In this document: positions 24,850-37,355 of the stretch, piece by piece | Layout of the letters: each line of letters begins with the position of its first letter | How positions within the stretch are numbered: the stretch's first letter is position 1 | Assembly: GCA_047967505.1 (NCBI GenBank) | Contig: CM106538.1 | Direction: 5' to 3' (one strand) | Source: Dipteris shenzhenensis | Taxonomy: Eukaryota | DNA length: 64,000 nt | Made by a program: the position numbers and the translations under genes | The notes under the pieces: model-generated | Databases searched by the model: none | Seen by the model: the letters and a program-made list of their open reading frames with translations, nothing else | What the model was told of the DNA's origin: nothing

Positions 24850-25500
24850 AGGCACATTGCATCACATTTGCCCTCTTTGCAGTGATATCTTGGCTCATTG
24901 ATCTAAAATTTAGGGTTTTTCACTGAAATTGGCCAGAAATTGCAAGACATTGGGTCACATTTACACTTTTGCAGTGAAATTTGGGGCATTTCCAACATTT
25001 GTCCTTTTTAGCAATTTTCCCCTTTCTAAATTTGGGGGGTTGAATTTGCTGAAATTTCCAGTGACATTCGCTCAATACAGCTATATTTGAGATTTTCTTG
25101 TATTTAATCTTTGATTTGGGAATTCTGCCTTCGGCCTTTTTACCCCTTGTGCACTCCACTTGGCACTCGTGCCCCGAAAGTTGCGCTGCAAGGACCTTTG
25201 GCCACCGTTTCTGGGAAAATTGCATTCAGATTCGCTTTGGACAGATTTGCAAATATGTTTTGGACTCGCAGATTTGCAGATATGTGCCCTTTGTTTTGGA
25301 CTCGTCACTTTGATAGGACCTTATTTTGTGGGACAAATTTTGCAAGACACCTTGTGCATTTGTTGCTCATTTTTTGAGCAATCACTTTTGGCAATCACAT
25401 TTGTAGGATTGTAGGGGATTTTATAGTTTGCCCCCCTCTTTTGCATATTTGCTCTCTTAAGAATTTGGAGCTTTTGCCATTATTGTCTTTCTCTTCTCTC
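24850..25500 (+). repeat. Copia leader-like sequence related to 26900-27230 and 38500-38870
   Basis: Shared TTGGGTCACATTT, AAATTTGGGG and CATTTGCCCTCTTT motifs in similar order. Confidence 0.5.
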
Positions 25501-25513
25501 AGATTGCTTGGTC

Positions 25514-25897
25514 AGACATAGTTCTCTCCAGTCGACACACTCAACTTGCAAGAATTTGGGGCTTTTTCTCCCGTCATCTTGCATTGGCTTTCGTGCATTA
25601 GGGACATCATTTTGAGGTCCATAGAGCTAATTTGTACATACATTGGGACATATTTGTTCGGGACTTTTGTAGGTTAGCCTTTTGCAAGGGGGTATTTTTC
25701 CTTAGACATAGTTCTCTCCAGTCGGCACACTCAACTTGCAAGAATTTGGGGCTTTTTCTCCCGTCATCTTGCATTGGCTTTCGTGCATCAGGGACATCAT
25801 TTTGAGGTCCATAGAGCTAATTTGTACATACATTGGGACATATTTGTTCGGGACTTTTGTAGGTTAGCCTTTTGCAAGGGGGTATTTTCCTTAGACA
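25514..25897. repeat. 190-bp tandem duplication
   Basis: AGACATAGTTCTCTCCAGTC...GGTATTTT(T)CCTT repeated at 25514 and 25704. Confidence 0.9.
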
Positions 25898-26158
25898 GAC
25901 ATTTGCACTTTTGCAATCTCTCTTTGCATGCTATAGGCCATGGTATGTGCCTTGTAGGCATAAATATAGGCACTTGTAGTGTTAGTGCCTTTTAGGCCAC
26001 ATAGGACACTTAGTCCTATGTGACACCTGGAACACTTAGTCCTAGGTCTAGGTACAAGTACTTTGTACTCTTTCTTTTTCACTATCCTAGTTGACGTGAC
26101 GGCTAAGACTCGTGCGACTCTTTGCTACCTGCACTCTCGCTTTCATTCGATCCTACAG

Positions 26159-26170
26159 TGGTATCAGAGC
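26159..26170 (+). promoter_or_regulatory. PBS (tRNA-iMet), followed by a duplicated TATCAGAGC
   Basis: TGGTATCAGAGC-TATCAGAGC 1 nt after ...CCTACA. Confidence 0.9.
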
Positions 26171-26211
26171 TATCAGAGCTGAGGTAGACTCGTCTCCTGC
26201 TCACCGGATTT

Positions 26212-26666
26212 GTACCAGTGCTCCTTCATTCGTATAATCGTACGGTACGGATGACCGTACTCACAGCTTACTTTCGTACGTATCTGCATCACTGTACGTT
26301 GGATTTCGTACACAGTACATGTTTCGTACCTGCACTATGTACTTGTCCGTACTTGAGCCATCGTACGGCTCCATACCTGCATCGCCGTACATCTTCCGTA
26401 CAAGCGCACGGAAGGTCTTGTAACTAGTTCATACATTCTTCGTACTTTGTACTTGTACCGTACATTGGATTCACGTACTTGTATCTGTACTACCACCGTA
26501 CATCTTTCATACACAGTACAACATAGTACCTGTCTCTGTACAACAGTGCACCATGCATCCGTACAACTATACATTGGATTCCGTACCTTCGTTGTACGTT
26601 CCATACAATCAGCGTACTCTGCATCCATACAATTATACGCTCTGTACTTGCTTCAAGAATTGGTAC
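26212..26666 (+). promoter_or_regulatory. GTAC-motif cluster in Copia leader (candidate SBP/SPL sites)
   Basis: 30 GTAC counted by eye in ~455 bp; function inferred only. Confidence 0.6.
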
Positions 26667-27260
26667 AGCCTTTGCACGTGTGAAATCATTTGCAGCGTAT
26701 TCTCAAAATTTGGGGCTTTTGAGGGCTTTTGCTCTCTTTATCTTCCTTCTACTGTTTGAAATCTTCTCAAGCCATTTCAACAACTTAGAAAGCCTACATT
26801 TTGAGGTCCATACTTTGGGACATGTGCACTTTTGCAGACAATTTGTGGATAGCAAGTCCTAATTTTGCAGTTGCAAGCCTTGAGGCTATTTTTGGGATTT
26901 GGTATGCAATTTCACTTTTGATTGCAATACATTGGGATAGATTGGAGAACACTGAGTCACATTTGTAGGACATTGAATCAGATTTTCAGACATTGAGTCT
27001 TTTCTGCACGACATTGAGTCAGATTTGCATACATTGGGTCACATTTGCACAAAATTCAGCAAAATTTGGGACTTTTCTGCATTTGCCCTCTTTTTGGCCT
27101 ATTTTCCCTTATTAAATTTCGGGATTTTGTCAAATTTCCTGTTTTTGCAGTGAACGTTGCCTGAAACAGTCACATTTGGGTCAGATCTGCATTTGCTTTT
27201 TGCAGTGATAGCCTTGAGGCTTTTGGGTTTTTAAGTCTCTTTCAGGGTATCACATTTGCT

Positions 27261-30200
27261 ATGGCTGTGAATAATCAAGATCTGTTTGGCATTCTTCGTG
27301 AAGATGATAAGTTGGATGGCACCAACTAACTGATGTGGTCTTATCTCATGAAACATATTCTTGTTGCAAAGCATTTGTGGAATATTGTTTCTAGGGTTGA
27401 TCTGAGGCCAGCCAATGCTACAGTGCCTCTACTGCTGGTCCCTCTGTAGCACTCCTGCTACTACTCTTCCAACTCAGGAACAGTCAAGATGGGATGCAAG
27501 AGATGCAAATGCACATTCATGCATTGCTTTATCATGCAAGAGATTCATTATTCCACACATCCGGTCTTGCAAGACATCAAAGGATGCTTGGGATAAATTG
27601 TCTTCTCTCTATCAGATTCGCAATGAAGCACGTGTTGCATATTTGAGAAGGCAATTATAGGAAGTCAGCATGAATGAAGGTGACTCTATGGATGCATACC
27701 TGACAAAGGTCAAGGACCTCATGGAACAACTTGCCAACATTGATGAGGTGGTGCCAAATTCACAGCTTGTCAGTACCACATTGAATGGACTGCCAGATAC
27801 ATATCAAGGGTTTGCTACAACCCTTCGATTAGTGGCCATGGGTAATCCAAATCACTATTCTTTTGATAAGCTAGTTACTTTGCTTTTGCAGGAAGAGCAA
27901 AGTAGAGCTAATAGACAAGCCATTATTCCCGATCATGCATTTGCTTCACAGCAGACAGGAAGAGGCATGGATTCCAAGCCTATGGGCAAGCCAAAATCTG
28001 CGCATAGCAGCTGCAATTCCTCCCATGCATCTAAAAATACAACAGATAAGTCAAAGAAGAAAAGATGCAACTATTGTCACAAACCTGGACATGACATTTC
28101 AGAATGCAGAAAGTGCATTGCTTCGGAGAAAAAGAAAGCAGGATTGAAAGTTAATGCCTCTCATGCTATTGAATCCCATGAGCCAGAAGATGCTTCACAT
28201 ATGCACATGCTCTTCAAGATGATTGGGCATGGGCTGTCCATTGCTCATTTGATCCCTCCAAAGCTGATGCACTCTTTACTGCTGATGATGGTCAGTCCTG
28301 GTACTTCGATAGTGGTGCTTCAAAGCATGTCACATCTTGCAGATACTTGTTTCACTCTTTAGCTGATGCACCTCGAGGGGGGACTCACATGTGCTAATAA
28401 TGCTTCATATGCTGTAAAAGGAATTGGAGATGTGCAACTCACATCTATTTTAAGTCATCCTGTCACTTTGACAAATGTTCTCTTTGTGCCTAGAATTGAA
28501 GTCAACTTGATCTCAATTTCAGCAATTGCTACTTCAGGTTTCAGAGTGATTTTTGATGGCTACAGAAGCCTAGTTTATGATCTTCGTGATGACAATGCCA
28601 TAGTTCTCACTGGCACTTTGCAAAAAGGGCTTTGTCACCTTGATCATCACTCAGCTCCACTTTCTATTGAAGCATTGGCTATTTCAGATTCACAGCTTGC
28701 TGAAACTCATCTTTGGCATGAGAGAATGGGCCATCTCAATTATAGAGCTCTTGCAAAGCTACATTCACAGCAGATGGCAAATGATGTACCTCAAACTCAC
28801 ACAGTTTCCAAACATGTGTGTGAGGGTTGTCTTTTGGGTAAGATGCATCGATTTTCCTTTCAAAAGAATTGTCCAAAACTCTCACAAAGGAAATTGCAGC
28901 TAGTGCACAGTGATGTCTGTGGCCCAATGAGGACAAATGCCATTGGTGGGTGCAAGTATTTCATCACTCCCATTGATGATTTCACAAGATATTACTGGAT
29001 ATATCCTTTAAAAGCCAAATCTGAAGTTTTCTTATGCTTTCAGAGACGGCTGAATATGGTATGCAAGCTTGTCACCCTCAACACAGATAGGAGGGGAGAG
29101 TAGATGTCAAAGGAGTTTGATGCATTTTTGTCTTCATGGGGCATTATTCACTCATGTACTACTCCTTACACTCCTCAGCAGAATCTTGTTTCTGAAAGGA
29201 AAAATAGGTCCACAATGGAGATGGCCAGATGCATGCTTAAGGCCACGTCTTTGCCCAATAAATTTGGGCTTGATGCAGTGATGTGTGCCAACTATGTGCT
29301 GAATAGATCACCTACACGGGCATTGAAGATTGTTACACCTTATGAAGCATGGAAAGGCAAGAAGCCTTCACTTTCACACATGAAAGTTTTTGGGTCTCTT
29401 GCATATGTTCATGTACCATCTCGGCTGAGACATAAGCTTGATGACAAGGCAATCAAATGCATATTTATTGGTTACAGCCAGGAGAGCAGAGGGTATTGGT
29501 TATACCAACCAAATACTAGGAAGATTATTATCAGTAGAGATGTAATCTTTGCTGAACATTCAGCTTCTCCTCTTGTGGACTGCAAAGCTAAGCCAGATGT
29601 TGACATGTTTGATGCCTTTGAATTTTGGTTACCTCTGCCATCCTCAGAAGAGGACTTTAACCAACAACATAAGCCTCCTGCAGGCCCTCCACCAAGCAAT
29701 AATCAGCCACTACCTCATGCTGATTTGCAGGTTTCTCTTCCAGCACAAAATGATCCCACTATTCATGATGCAGTCATTGAAGAAAGAGCTGTCAATAGAC
29801 AGCAAAGGCAAGTTCCCAGATGGCTTCTTGATACATTGACGACAGCAAACAAGATCAGCCTTTTGCTACTGGACAAGATCAAGGAATAGACAGCATTGTC
29901 ACTTTCTTAAGTTTGCACTCCTTGCTACAGCTTGCAATGAAGAGACTCTGTGCCATAAAGATGCTTTTGACAGCAAAGAGTAGATGGATGCAATGAGAGC
30001 TGAGTTACATTCCATTGCTAAATATGACACATGGGAATTAGTAGATCTCTGTCTACAAATTAAAAAGGAAATCTGATGGCAGCATAGATCGATACAAAGC
30101 CCGTCTTGTTGCAAAAGGGTATGCCCAACAACAAGGCATTGACTTTGAGCAGACATTTGCTCCCACATCCAAGAGTACTACCATTAGATGTGTCATTGCC

Positions 30201-31443
30201 CTTGCAACCCATCATCATTGGCAAGTGCACCAACTTGACATCAAGACTGCTGTTCTTCATGGGGATCTGCAAGAAGAAGTATATGTCACACAACCTCCTG
30301 GCTTTGAGGTTGTTAATTCTGAAAATAAGGTATGCCAGCTTAGAAAAGCCCTTTATGGTTTGAAGCAGGCACCCAGGGCATGTTATGCCGAAATTCATGC
30401 ACACTTACTATCCGTTGGTTTTCAGAACAGCCCCACAGAACCCACTCTTTATGTCCGTGGGAGTGGATCTGATTTTTTAGTGCTGATTTTATATGTGGAT
30501 GATATGCTAATCACGGGCCCAGATACTCAGCAAATTGCAACTTTGAAGGCTGATTTGCAACAGGTTTTTGAAATGTCAGACATGGGACAGCTCCACTATT
30601 ATTTGGGCATTCTGTTTGCTCATGTTGAGGGGGGTATCATGATGTCTCAGTCCAAGTATATCGGACAGCTCCTTGATCGTTTTCAGTTTGAGAATTGCAA
30701 GCCAATCTCTACTCTAGTGGACCCTGGCTTTAAATTCTCAGCTCATGATGGGAGCCCACCATGTGATATCACTCTTTATCAGCAAGCTGTTGGATGCCTT
30801 ATTTATTTATGTCACACCAGACCTGACTTACAATATGCAGTATCTCAGCTCAACATATTCATGCACATGCCCAGTTCACAGCAATGGCAGGCAATGAAGA
30901 GAGTCTTCAGATATCTCAGAGGCACTCAGGATTTAGCCCTCTTCAATGGTGATCGGGGCTCACTTACCATGCATGCTTACACGGATAGTGACTGGGCAAG
31001 ATGTTCTGACACCAGAGTGTCACATACTGGCAATTGTTTTTCGCTTGGCAATTCACTATATCTCTTGGGTCAGCAAGAAGCAACCAACAGTTGCCACATC
31101 TAGCTATGAGGTTGAGTACAAGGCAGCTTTCACCGCTACAGTAGAGTGTGTTTGACTTCGACAGTTACTTAGAGATCTTGGTATTTGCGAGACATCCTCC
31201 ACTATTGTCTACACTGACAGCCAGAGTGCTTTGGCCATTGTGCGTAACCCAGTGTTTCATGCGTGTACCAAGCATATTGAAGTTCACTATCGTTATGTTC
31301 GAGAGCAGTTGTCAACAGGAGACATAGAGTTGTCCTATCTTCCCACAGAGGACAACATAGCAGATATGTTTACAAAGACACTTCCTCGTCCCAAGTTCGA
31401 AGTCTTCCGACAGGATTTACACTTGGTTCCCTTTGTTACATGA
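27261..31443 (+). pseudogene. Copia gag-pol (stops and frameshifts)
   Basis: CNYCHKPGHDISEC, WYFDSGASKH, WHERMGH...CEGC, VHSDVCGP, YVDDMLI, SKKQPTVATSS, KHIEVHY, ADMFTK. Confidence 0.92.
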
Positions 31444-31571
31444 TCTGACATCCCTTGTACATTCATAGGTGGCGATATCCTTTTGGATGAACATGTGCCA
31501 CCATGACCAGAAAATACCAAGTATTCTGAGACGTTTCCAAAGTACTTCAGCCCATCCCATGGAGGGGGGTT

Positions 31572-31875
31572 TGTAGGCCATCTCCTAGTGGTTCTAGTGA
31601 TGCCCTATAGGCCATGGTATGTGCCTTGTAGGCATAAATATAGGCACTTGTAGTGTGAGTGCCTTTTAGGCCACATAGGACACTTAGTTCTATGTGACAC
31701 CTAGGACTAAAAGGCCACATAGGACACTTAGTCCTATGTGACACCTAGGACACTTAGTCCTAGGTCTAGGTACAAGTACTTTGTACTCTTTCTTTTTCAC
31801 TATCCTAGTTGACGTGACGGCTAAGACTCGTGCGACTCTTTGCTACCTGCACTCTCTCTTTCATTCGATCCTACA
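31572..31875 (+). repeat. 3' LTR of Copia A
   Basis: TGTAGG...CCTACA after the PPT; carries an internal ~44-bp duplication relative to the 5' LTR. Confidence 0.92.
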
Positions 31876-32743
31876 GACGCATGCACATAGGATCATTTTT
31901 TGGGGCCTCAGGAATTTGCATGCAAGGGTAAGTCAATGGGTTGGTAATGGTGTCGTGATAAAAAGCAGAATGAAGATCAGTTTTTCAAGGGAGTCAGGGT
32001 TTTTCTCACTCTTCACAAAATCCTGAAAAGATTATCCGAGTGGTGTTACACCTGCAAAGAGACCCCATGCAACAGTTGCAAAGTGACTTTTTGCAACCGC
32101 TGTGAATTGTAAAATCCCACCCTCTGCACAAGATTGTGAATCAGAGTTTGGTTTAGCAACCTACTTCACCCAAATGAGGCCAAGACCACTACCACAGCCA
32201 ACCTTCAACATGAAAACTCATGTATTTAATCCCTTCTCAATCAAATGTACAGTGTTAAACACAACACCTATGTCAGGAAAGGGTGCGTTGTGCCTCCATA
32301 CAAAACATTACACAACTGCAAAAATGTAAGAACATGAAAAAATGACTCCACCTTATATGAAAACCAGTGATGCAATGCTCATATGTCCAAGTTATTTCCG
32401 TGACATAAGACCAGATACCAAGTTCACAGGGGAAATTACAAGTCACCTCTCCAAGGACTCTGGTAACACAATATGTTCTTGTAACACCTTTGAGTTCATC
32501 TTTCCAATCTACCTCAAAAAATCAATGTGATACAAATGGCATACACAGGTATGGTGACACCTGGAGACATAATTTTTGTACCCCTTTCTAATACCTGTTG
32601 ATTACAAAAGCTGCTAGGCATCCTTAAACTCATCCAATATTTTCCACCTGTTTAAAGGACTAACATTATGCATATAGTCGTTGAGCTGATGACAAGTCTT
32701 TGACTTTTTTCTCCTTTGGCTGTTTGTGATCTGTGTTTCTACT

Positions 32744-32776
32744 TTAATCCAAAACATCAGACTCCAGGAGTGCCAC
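32744..32776 (-). CDS. Terminal coding exon of RimM-family / UDPGP-like-domain gene (VALLESDVLD*)
   Basis: Acceptor TGCAG|GTG after a 116-bp GT-AG intron; phase 0; ends in TAA at about the position where the Arabidopsis homolog ends, as I recall it. Confidence 0.65.
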   Translation of the reverse strand: MALLESDVLD

Positions 32777-32892
32777 CTGCACTCACAAGAAATCGGAGTG
32801 AACTTTCTACCTCCATCTGATCATAAGCAGTACCTGTAGTGATGCTTAGGCACTTGTGTCATTAAAAGAATTGTAAAGAAAAACAGGAATAC

Positions 32893-33429
32893 CTTGGATG
32901 GCGAGCAAAACATCAAGGCACTATGAAGAGAACTTTTAAGCTGAAATGCGTTGTTTTCATCAGAACTGATATCCATCCATTGTCCTCCTATTTCCTTCAT
33001 GTGAAGAACTTTCTTCGATACAGCTTCAAATTTTACCCAGTATCTTTGTTGAGAAAGGTGCTTCAAATATTCTACTGAATATGTGTAGTTACAAAATAGA
33101 TCAACCCTGTAAAGTTCCTTATCCATTTCAAGAATGCTCGAGACCTCCTTTTTCACATCTTCAGGCTTCATAACAATGAAGTTCTGAGAAGTAATGGCAC
33201 TGTCACCTGTGTCTGTATCTGCTGTTTCAAACCCTATTCTAGAAACATTACTGGTTTTGCTAGATTGACTTTCTGTTGCAGCAAAACTTTCCTGAATACA
33301 CAAGATTCCATGGGAATTTTCCAATGGACCAGAGTTAACCTTAAGACCGATGCTTGCTTCCTGTTCTTCCATAAATCCAAATAGCACAGCATCTTTATTG
33401 CTGACTGCAGAGTTGTCTGTAGAACATAC
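32893..33429 (-). CDS. Penultimate exon of plant RimM-family protein (At5g46420-like), C-terminal UDP-sugar pyrophosphorylase-like domain
   Basis: TTCAG| acceptor and AAG|GTATTC donor, 537 bp in frame; VCSTDN...LFGFMEEQEASIGLKV and KFEAVSKKVLHMKEIGGQWMDISSDENNAFQLKSSLHSALMFCSPSK resemble the C-terminus of plant RimM-UDPGP fusion proteins (recognised from memory, not searched). Confidence 0.8.
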
Positions 33430-34129
33430 CTGAACGTGAAGAGGCATGCATGAACAATGGGACCATTAGTGAGATAACTTCATCATTGATTAAGTCGCAT
33501 GCTAAAGTAAAACGCATGGCTCTAAAGTGCATCCCAACTTCCAACCCTCAGAAAGCTACAGGTGTGCCACCCTTAGCACATCGTTTTGAGCTATTATTTT
33601 ATGTAAATGTACACATGCAGAACGTCTCATCTCGTGCAATCACTCGCATCTTCTAGCTCTGTATACACTTATGCAATCTAAAGCAATTAGAAGCCCAAAC
33701 TCACCCTCATAAAATGTTGTCAATCTGCACCAGAAATGATGAATCACAAACTTGGGGGTATCAAAACGAAAGGCATTACCAAGCTATAGCACAAAAATAT
33801 CATCTTCAAAATGTGACAAATGCACGTTGCTTTAGAAATCGGCAAGTGACATACAACACAAATCTTTATATGGTTTGAAATCGCAAATACAAAATGCATG
33901 GTTCTGCACAAAAACTTGTTAAACATGTCGATGGAATATTTACATAGTTTTCTCTTAGTTTTTACGTCCATCAATGTAAAAGCCTTGAATTTCCTTGAGA
34001 CTAGATACACAACCTTGGAGAGCGCTGAGAAGATGAAGCTATTTTTAACATGATCACCTACCCTTATTTTGCTTTTTGTTTTTCCCCTTTAAGGGGTGTA
34101 AGAAAATGAAAAGGATGAAAGTATCATAC

Positions 34130-34318
34130 ATGTATGTATTCTACACCGATTTCAATAAGATCATTGAGAACCCCAGAATCATTCAAATCCATGAGGATCT
34201 GGCATTCACCAGCTGGACCTGCCATAATCTTCCACTGAGACTCCATTAGAATTTTGTGGCAACCTTCTTCTGAATTACAACTAATGTATGGAAGGCAACT
34301 CAGCTTCACAAAAAAAAC
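34130..34318 (-). CDS. Internal exon of the same RimM-family / UDPGP-like gene
   Basis: CACAG| acceptor and CAT|GTATGA donor, 189 bp; VFFVKLSCLPYIS...HKILMESQWKIMAGPAG...GVEYIH aligns with the UAP/UDPGP VxFFxQxxLP...KILL...PxGNG...GxxY segment. Confidence 0.82.
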
Positions 34319-35406
34319 CTGTGACCACAATAATAAAATAAATCATAACTCGGAATATATAGGGTAAAAGACAATCAAGAAATATATGAACTTTGCTCCA
34401 CCCTAGTGACAAAAGCTGAGGCAAGCAATTCCAAATAAATACACCAGAAAATGTGGCAAGAGCAATTCGAGTAAACTTCCACAGACATTATATAAAATGT
34501 TTGGTTTGAAAGAGAATCTAAACCACACAACAATTCTAAGCCTTTTGATGTGCAATCAATTTCTGATGCGGTACAGTCCTCAAAATGAGTGCCCTCCCTC
34601 CTATTAAACAAGCTTAAGGCTTCTATTCGAACAATAAAAACAATGCTGCCTTAGGATGCATTGAATGGTAGGCAAATGAATCGTAGGCTAAGGGTAGTGT
34701 TAAACACCATGAGTGATCTTAAGGTCATGAATGAAGGGGGTTATCCCTCTTCATGTGTCAATGCCCATTCTATCTGGACCATCTTGCATGAAATTACTAT
34801 GCATACACTCGTAACTCTCCCATCTTGCATGTGTATCAATGTAGCAACAAATTACGCCTTCCCCCTTTGAAGGGCCAATCTTGCACAAAGTTGTTTTGCA
34901 ATTCTGCAATTTCTTAATTCAGTGTTCAAGCATGTGCAAATTTGCTACACTTCACATAATCAGATCATAACATTGGTGTTAGAACCCCTTTGTGGAGAAA
35001 AGAGACAAGGTGGCCCAGAGCGAGAGCTGTTTGAGCAAAAGTGACGAGGAGGCTGAAAAGTAAAAGAGTGAGAGCTGTTTGAGCAAAATGTAGGTTGTGC
35101 ACAGAACTACCATGCACTGCTCAGACAAGGTGACAAAGGGGCGAATGCATTAAACAAAGAGCGAAAGAAGGCAAGTAACGCAAGGCAAATGTTCGCATAG
35201 ACGGCAAACAATGGTGCTGTATACGTGTAAAGAGAAAATTGACCTGCAATGGATGAATTTTGGACTTTGTCAAGCAAGGGAAAATCTGTGCACCTTCTTT
35301 GGTTGTGTTTTTCTCCTTAAATTACACCGTTTATTGGGCACTGAGAGTGTTACAAGGCAAAAACAAAGAGGACTGCTATTGCATATAGCAAGACAGCCAC
35401 AATACT

Positions 35407-35715
35407 TGTTGGAAATATTGTAATATTTAAGGCGGTGGCCAACATATTAGTTAGTTGGAGGGTTAGGGGCACTTTACCTTCTAAGGAATTTCCCCCGCAA
35501 TGTTAGTAGTTGAGGGAGTTTTGACTCACCCTAGGCTTATACCTAGATGAATCCATGAACATTCCCAAACTCATCCTCTAAAAACACAACATAGTGCAGT
35601 TTCAATCTCACGAGAGTCACTCACCCTAGGCTTAACTATCATGTTGATAGCCCTCTCGTATCTCAATCTTGCAGCTTCAATTAAGCTGAGCTCCACGTTT
35701 TCCCTTCTCCTCACA
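35407..35715 (+). repeat. LTR-like repeat, Copia family Y
   Basis: TGTTGG...CTCACA; shares GTTAGGGGCACTTT with 37085-37355 and TTGATAGC...AGCTGAG.TCCACGTTTT with 46855-47010, both of which follow a PPT. Confidence 0.6.
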
Positions 35716-35740
35716 TTTGTTTGTGGGTGGGTGTGTCCCC

Positions 35741-36670
35741 TGTGAGAGTAGTCTAGGGTAGGACCAACATGCAGTGGGTTGCATTTAGTCCCTCTACGCC
35801 TTCTACATAGTATACTGGGTACTATGCTTCATACTCAAATGGCGAGTCTACTTCCTCGGCTTGTAATTGATGTATTGGAACTGCCTGAGGGGCTGGATTT
35901 GGTGCTCTTGGATATGGTCGTGGATTCGGATTCTTGAGTAATTGTGGGACTTGTGTCCAAACAGGAACATGATTTAGCCTCAGAGTTGGGGGCGCTTGTG
36001 CAAGTGCCGGCGGTTGTCTATACACTGGCATGGGTGCCCCTTGGTATTGTTGATGTCGAGGCGGGTTATTGCGCACGTTGAAGATGCAACTGTTTTCATC
36101 ATGGCCGCTGACGACATAGATATGGCACCACAACCTTGGCGGTGGATTTGCTTGTGCAGTGATCCAGTCCCTTGTTAGAACTGCTGGTCGAGGCATAGGG
36201 AGGGAAAATAGTCCCTTATGTAGAGCTGGGTGCAGCCCTTGTGGAGGGCCTGAGGCAGGCAGCCATATAGGCCTACTAGGTGGGCTGGAGGGCAGAGGGT
36301 ACAGCCCTCTTAATAGGGCCTTGGAGCAGCCCTTATGGGCCAAACCAGGTCGCCCCACCTAGGGGTAGGAGTTGGCCCCTAGAGCAAGGGGTCGGCTAGT
36401 TTGCTGCAGTGGACTGGGGGAGGAGCTGGGGCTACATATAGGCCCCCCTCCTTGACTTTCATTTTATTTCAGTGTGGTGCCTCTTGAGCACGCTTGTGCA
36501 TCTATTGTTGGAGCAGTTCAGCCTATCTATAGCAGAGGTTTTCCCCATCGCTTTGGGGGTTCTCCTAAGATCACTTGCAGTTCTCTCATCTCTCTCTCCT
36601 TTCCTGTTTGTGCGTGTGAGGTTGGCTCTCTGTCTCTTCGATTCAGTTCAGTTCTGTTGCACTTCTCACA
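35741..36670 (+). repeat. LTR, family X (with a foreign ~0.4-kb segment)
   Basis: Inverted termini TGTGAGA...TCTCACA followed by TGGTATCAG; homologous to 1-518, 37356-37618 and 44844-45155. Confidence 0.72.
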
Positions 36671-37049
36671 TGGTATCAGCAAGAAACAATCTACAGTGGC
36701 TACCTCATCATGTGAAGCTGAGTACAGAGCAGCTTTCACAGCAACAGTTGAATGTGTCTGGCTGCGTCGTCTATTTGCTGATCTTCATCTGTCATTGGAG
36801 GGTCCTTCTCCAATTCTCACTGATAGTCAGAGTGCCATTGCAGTGGCAAAGAATCCAGTGTTTCATGCTCACACGAAGCACATTGAGGTTCACTATCACT
36901 ACGTCAGAGAGAAGTTGCATGCAGGAGAGATCAGTATGATCTTTGTGTCCACACATGACAATGTTGCAGATATTTTCACCAAAGCACTTCCACGTGAAAA
37001 GTTTGAGGCATTTCGCAGTGCCCTGAACTTATATCCGTTTGGTGATTAA
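36671..37049 (+). pseudogene. PBS fused to a Copia RNase H C-terminal fragment
   Basis: TGGTATCAG runs directly into SKKQSTVATSSCEAEYRAA...KHIEVHYHY...ADIFTKALP; a PPT follows at 37078-37084. Confidence 0.85.
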
Positions 37050-37084
37050 TCATACTTGTACATGACATTGGCACTGCAGGGGGG

Positions 37085-37355
37085 TGTTAGAATTATAGAT
37101 ATAATTCAGCAGTGACCAATGTAATTTAATAAGCTAGTTAGGGGCACTTTTCCCTCTTTAAGAGGTTTTTCCCCCTAACCGCAGTTAGTCCACTAACTAT
37201 GGTTAGTGACTACTAAGGTTTTGTCACTAGGACAAAACCTTATCTCTCACTTTTTTCAGTTGTACTCTCACACTCTTCTATTGCAACTAAGCTCTCAAGC
37301 TTTCAGCTCTCAGCTCACTCTCTTGCTCTCTCTCTCTCTCTCTCCAAATCTTACA
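37085..37355 (+). repeat. 3' LTR, family Y
   Basis: TGTTAG start right after the AGGGGGG PPT; ends ...TCTTACA. Confidence 0.65.

Larger units (their letters stand above)
25931..31875 (+). mobile_element. Ty1/Copia LTR retrotransposon, copy A (decayed; 5' LTR truncated)
   Basis: LTR remnant 25931-26157, PBS 26159-26170, gag-PR-INT-RT-RH order, PPT GGAGGGGGG 31561-31569, 3' LTR 31572-31875 (TGTAGG...CCTACA). Confidence 0.93.
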
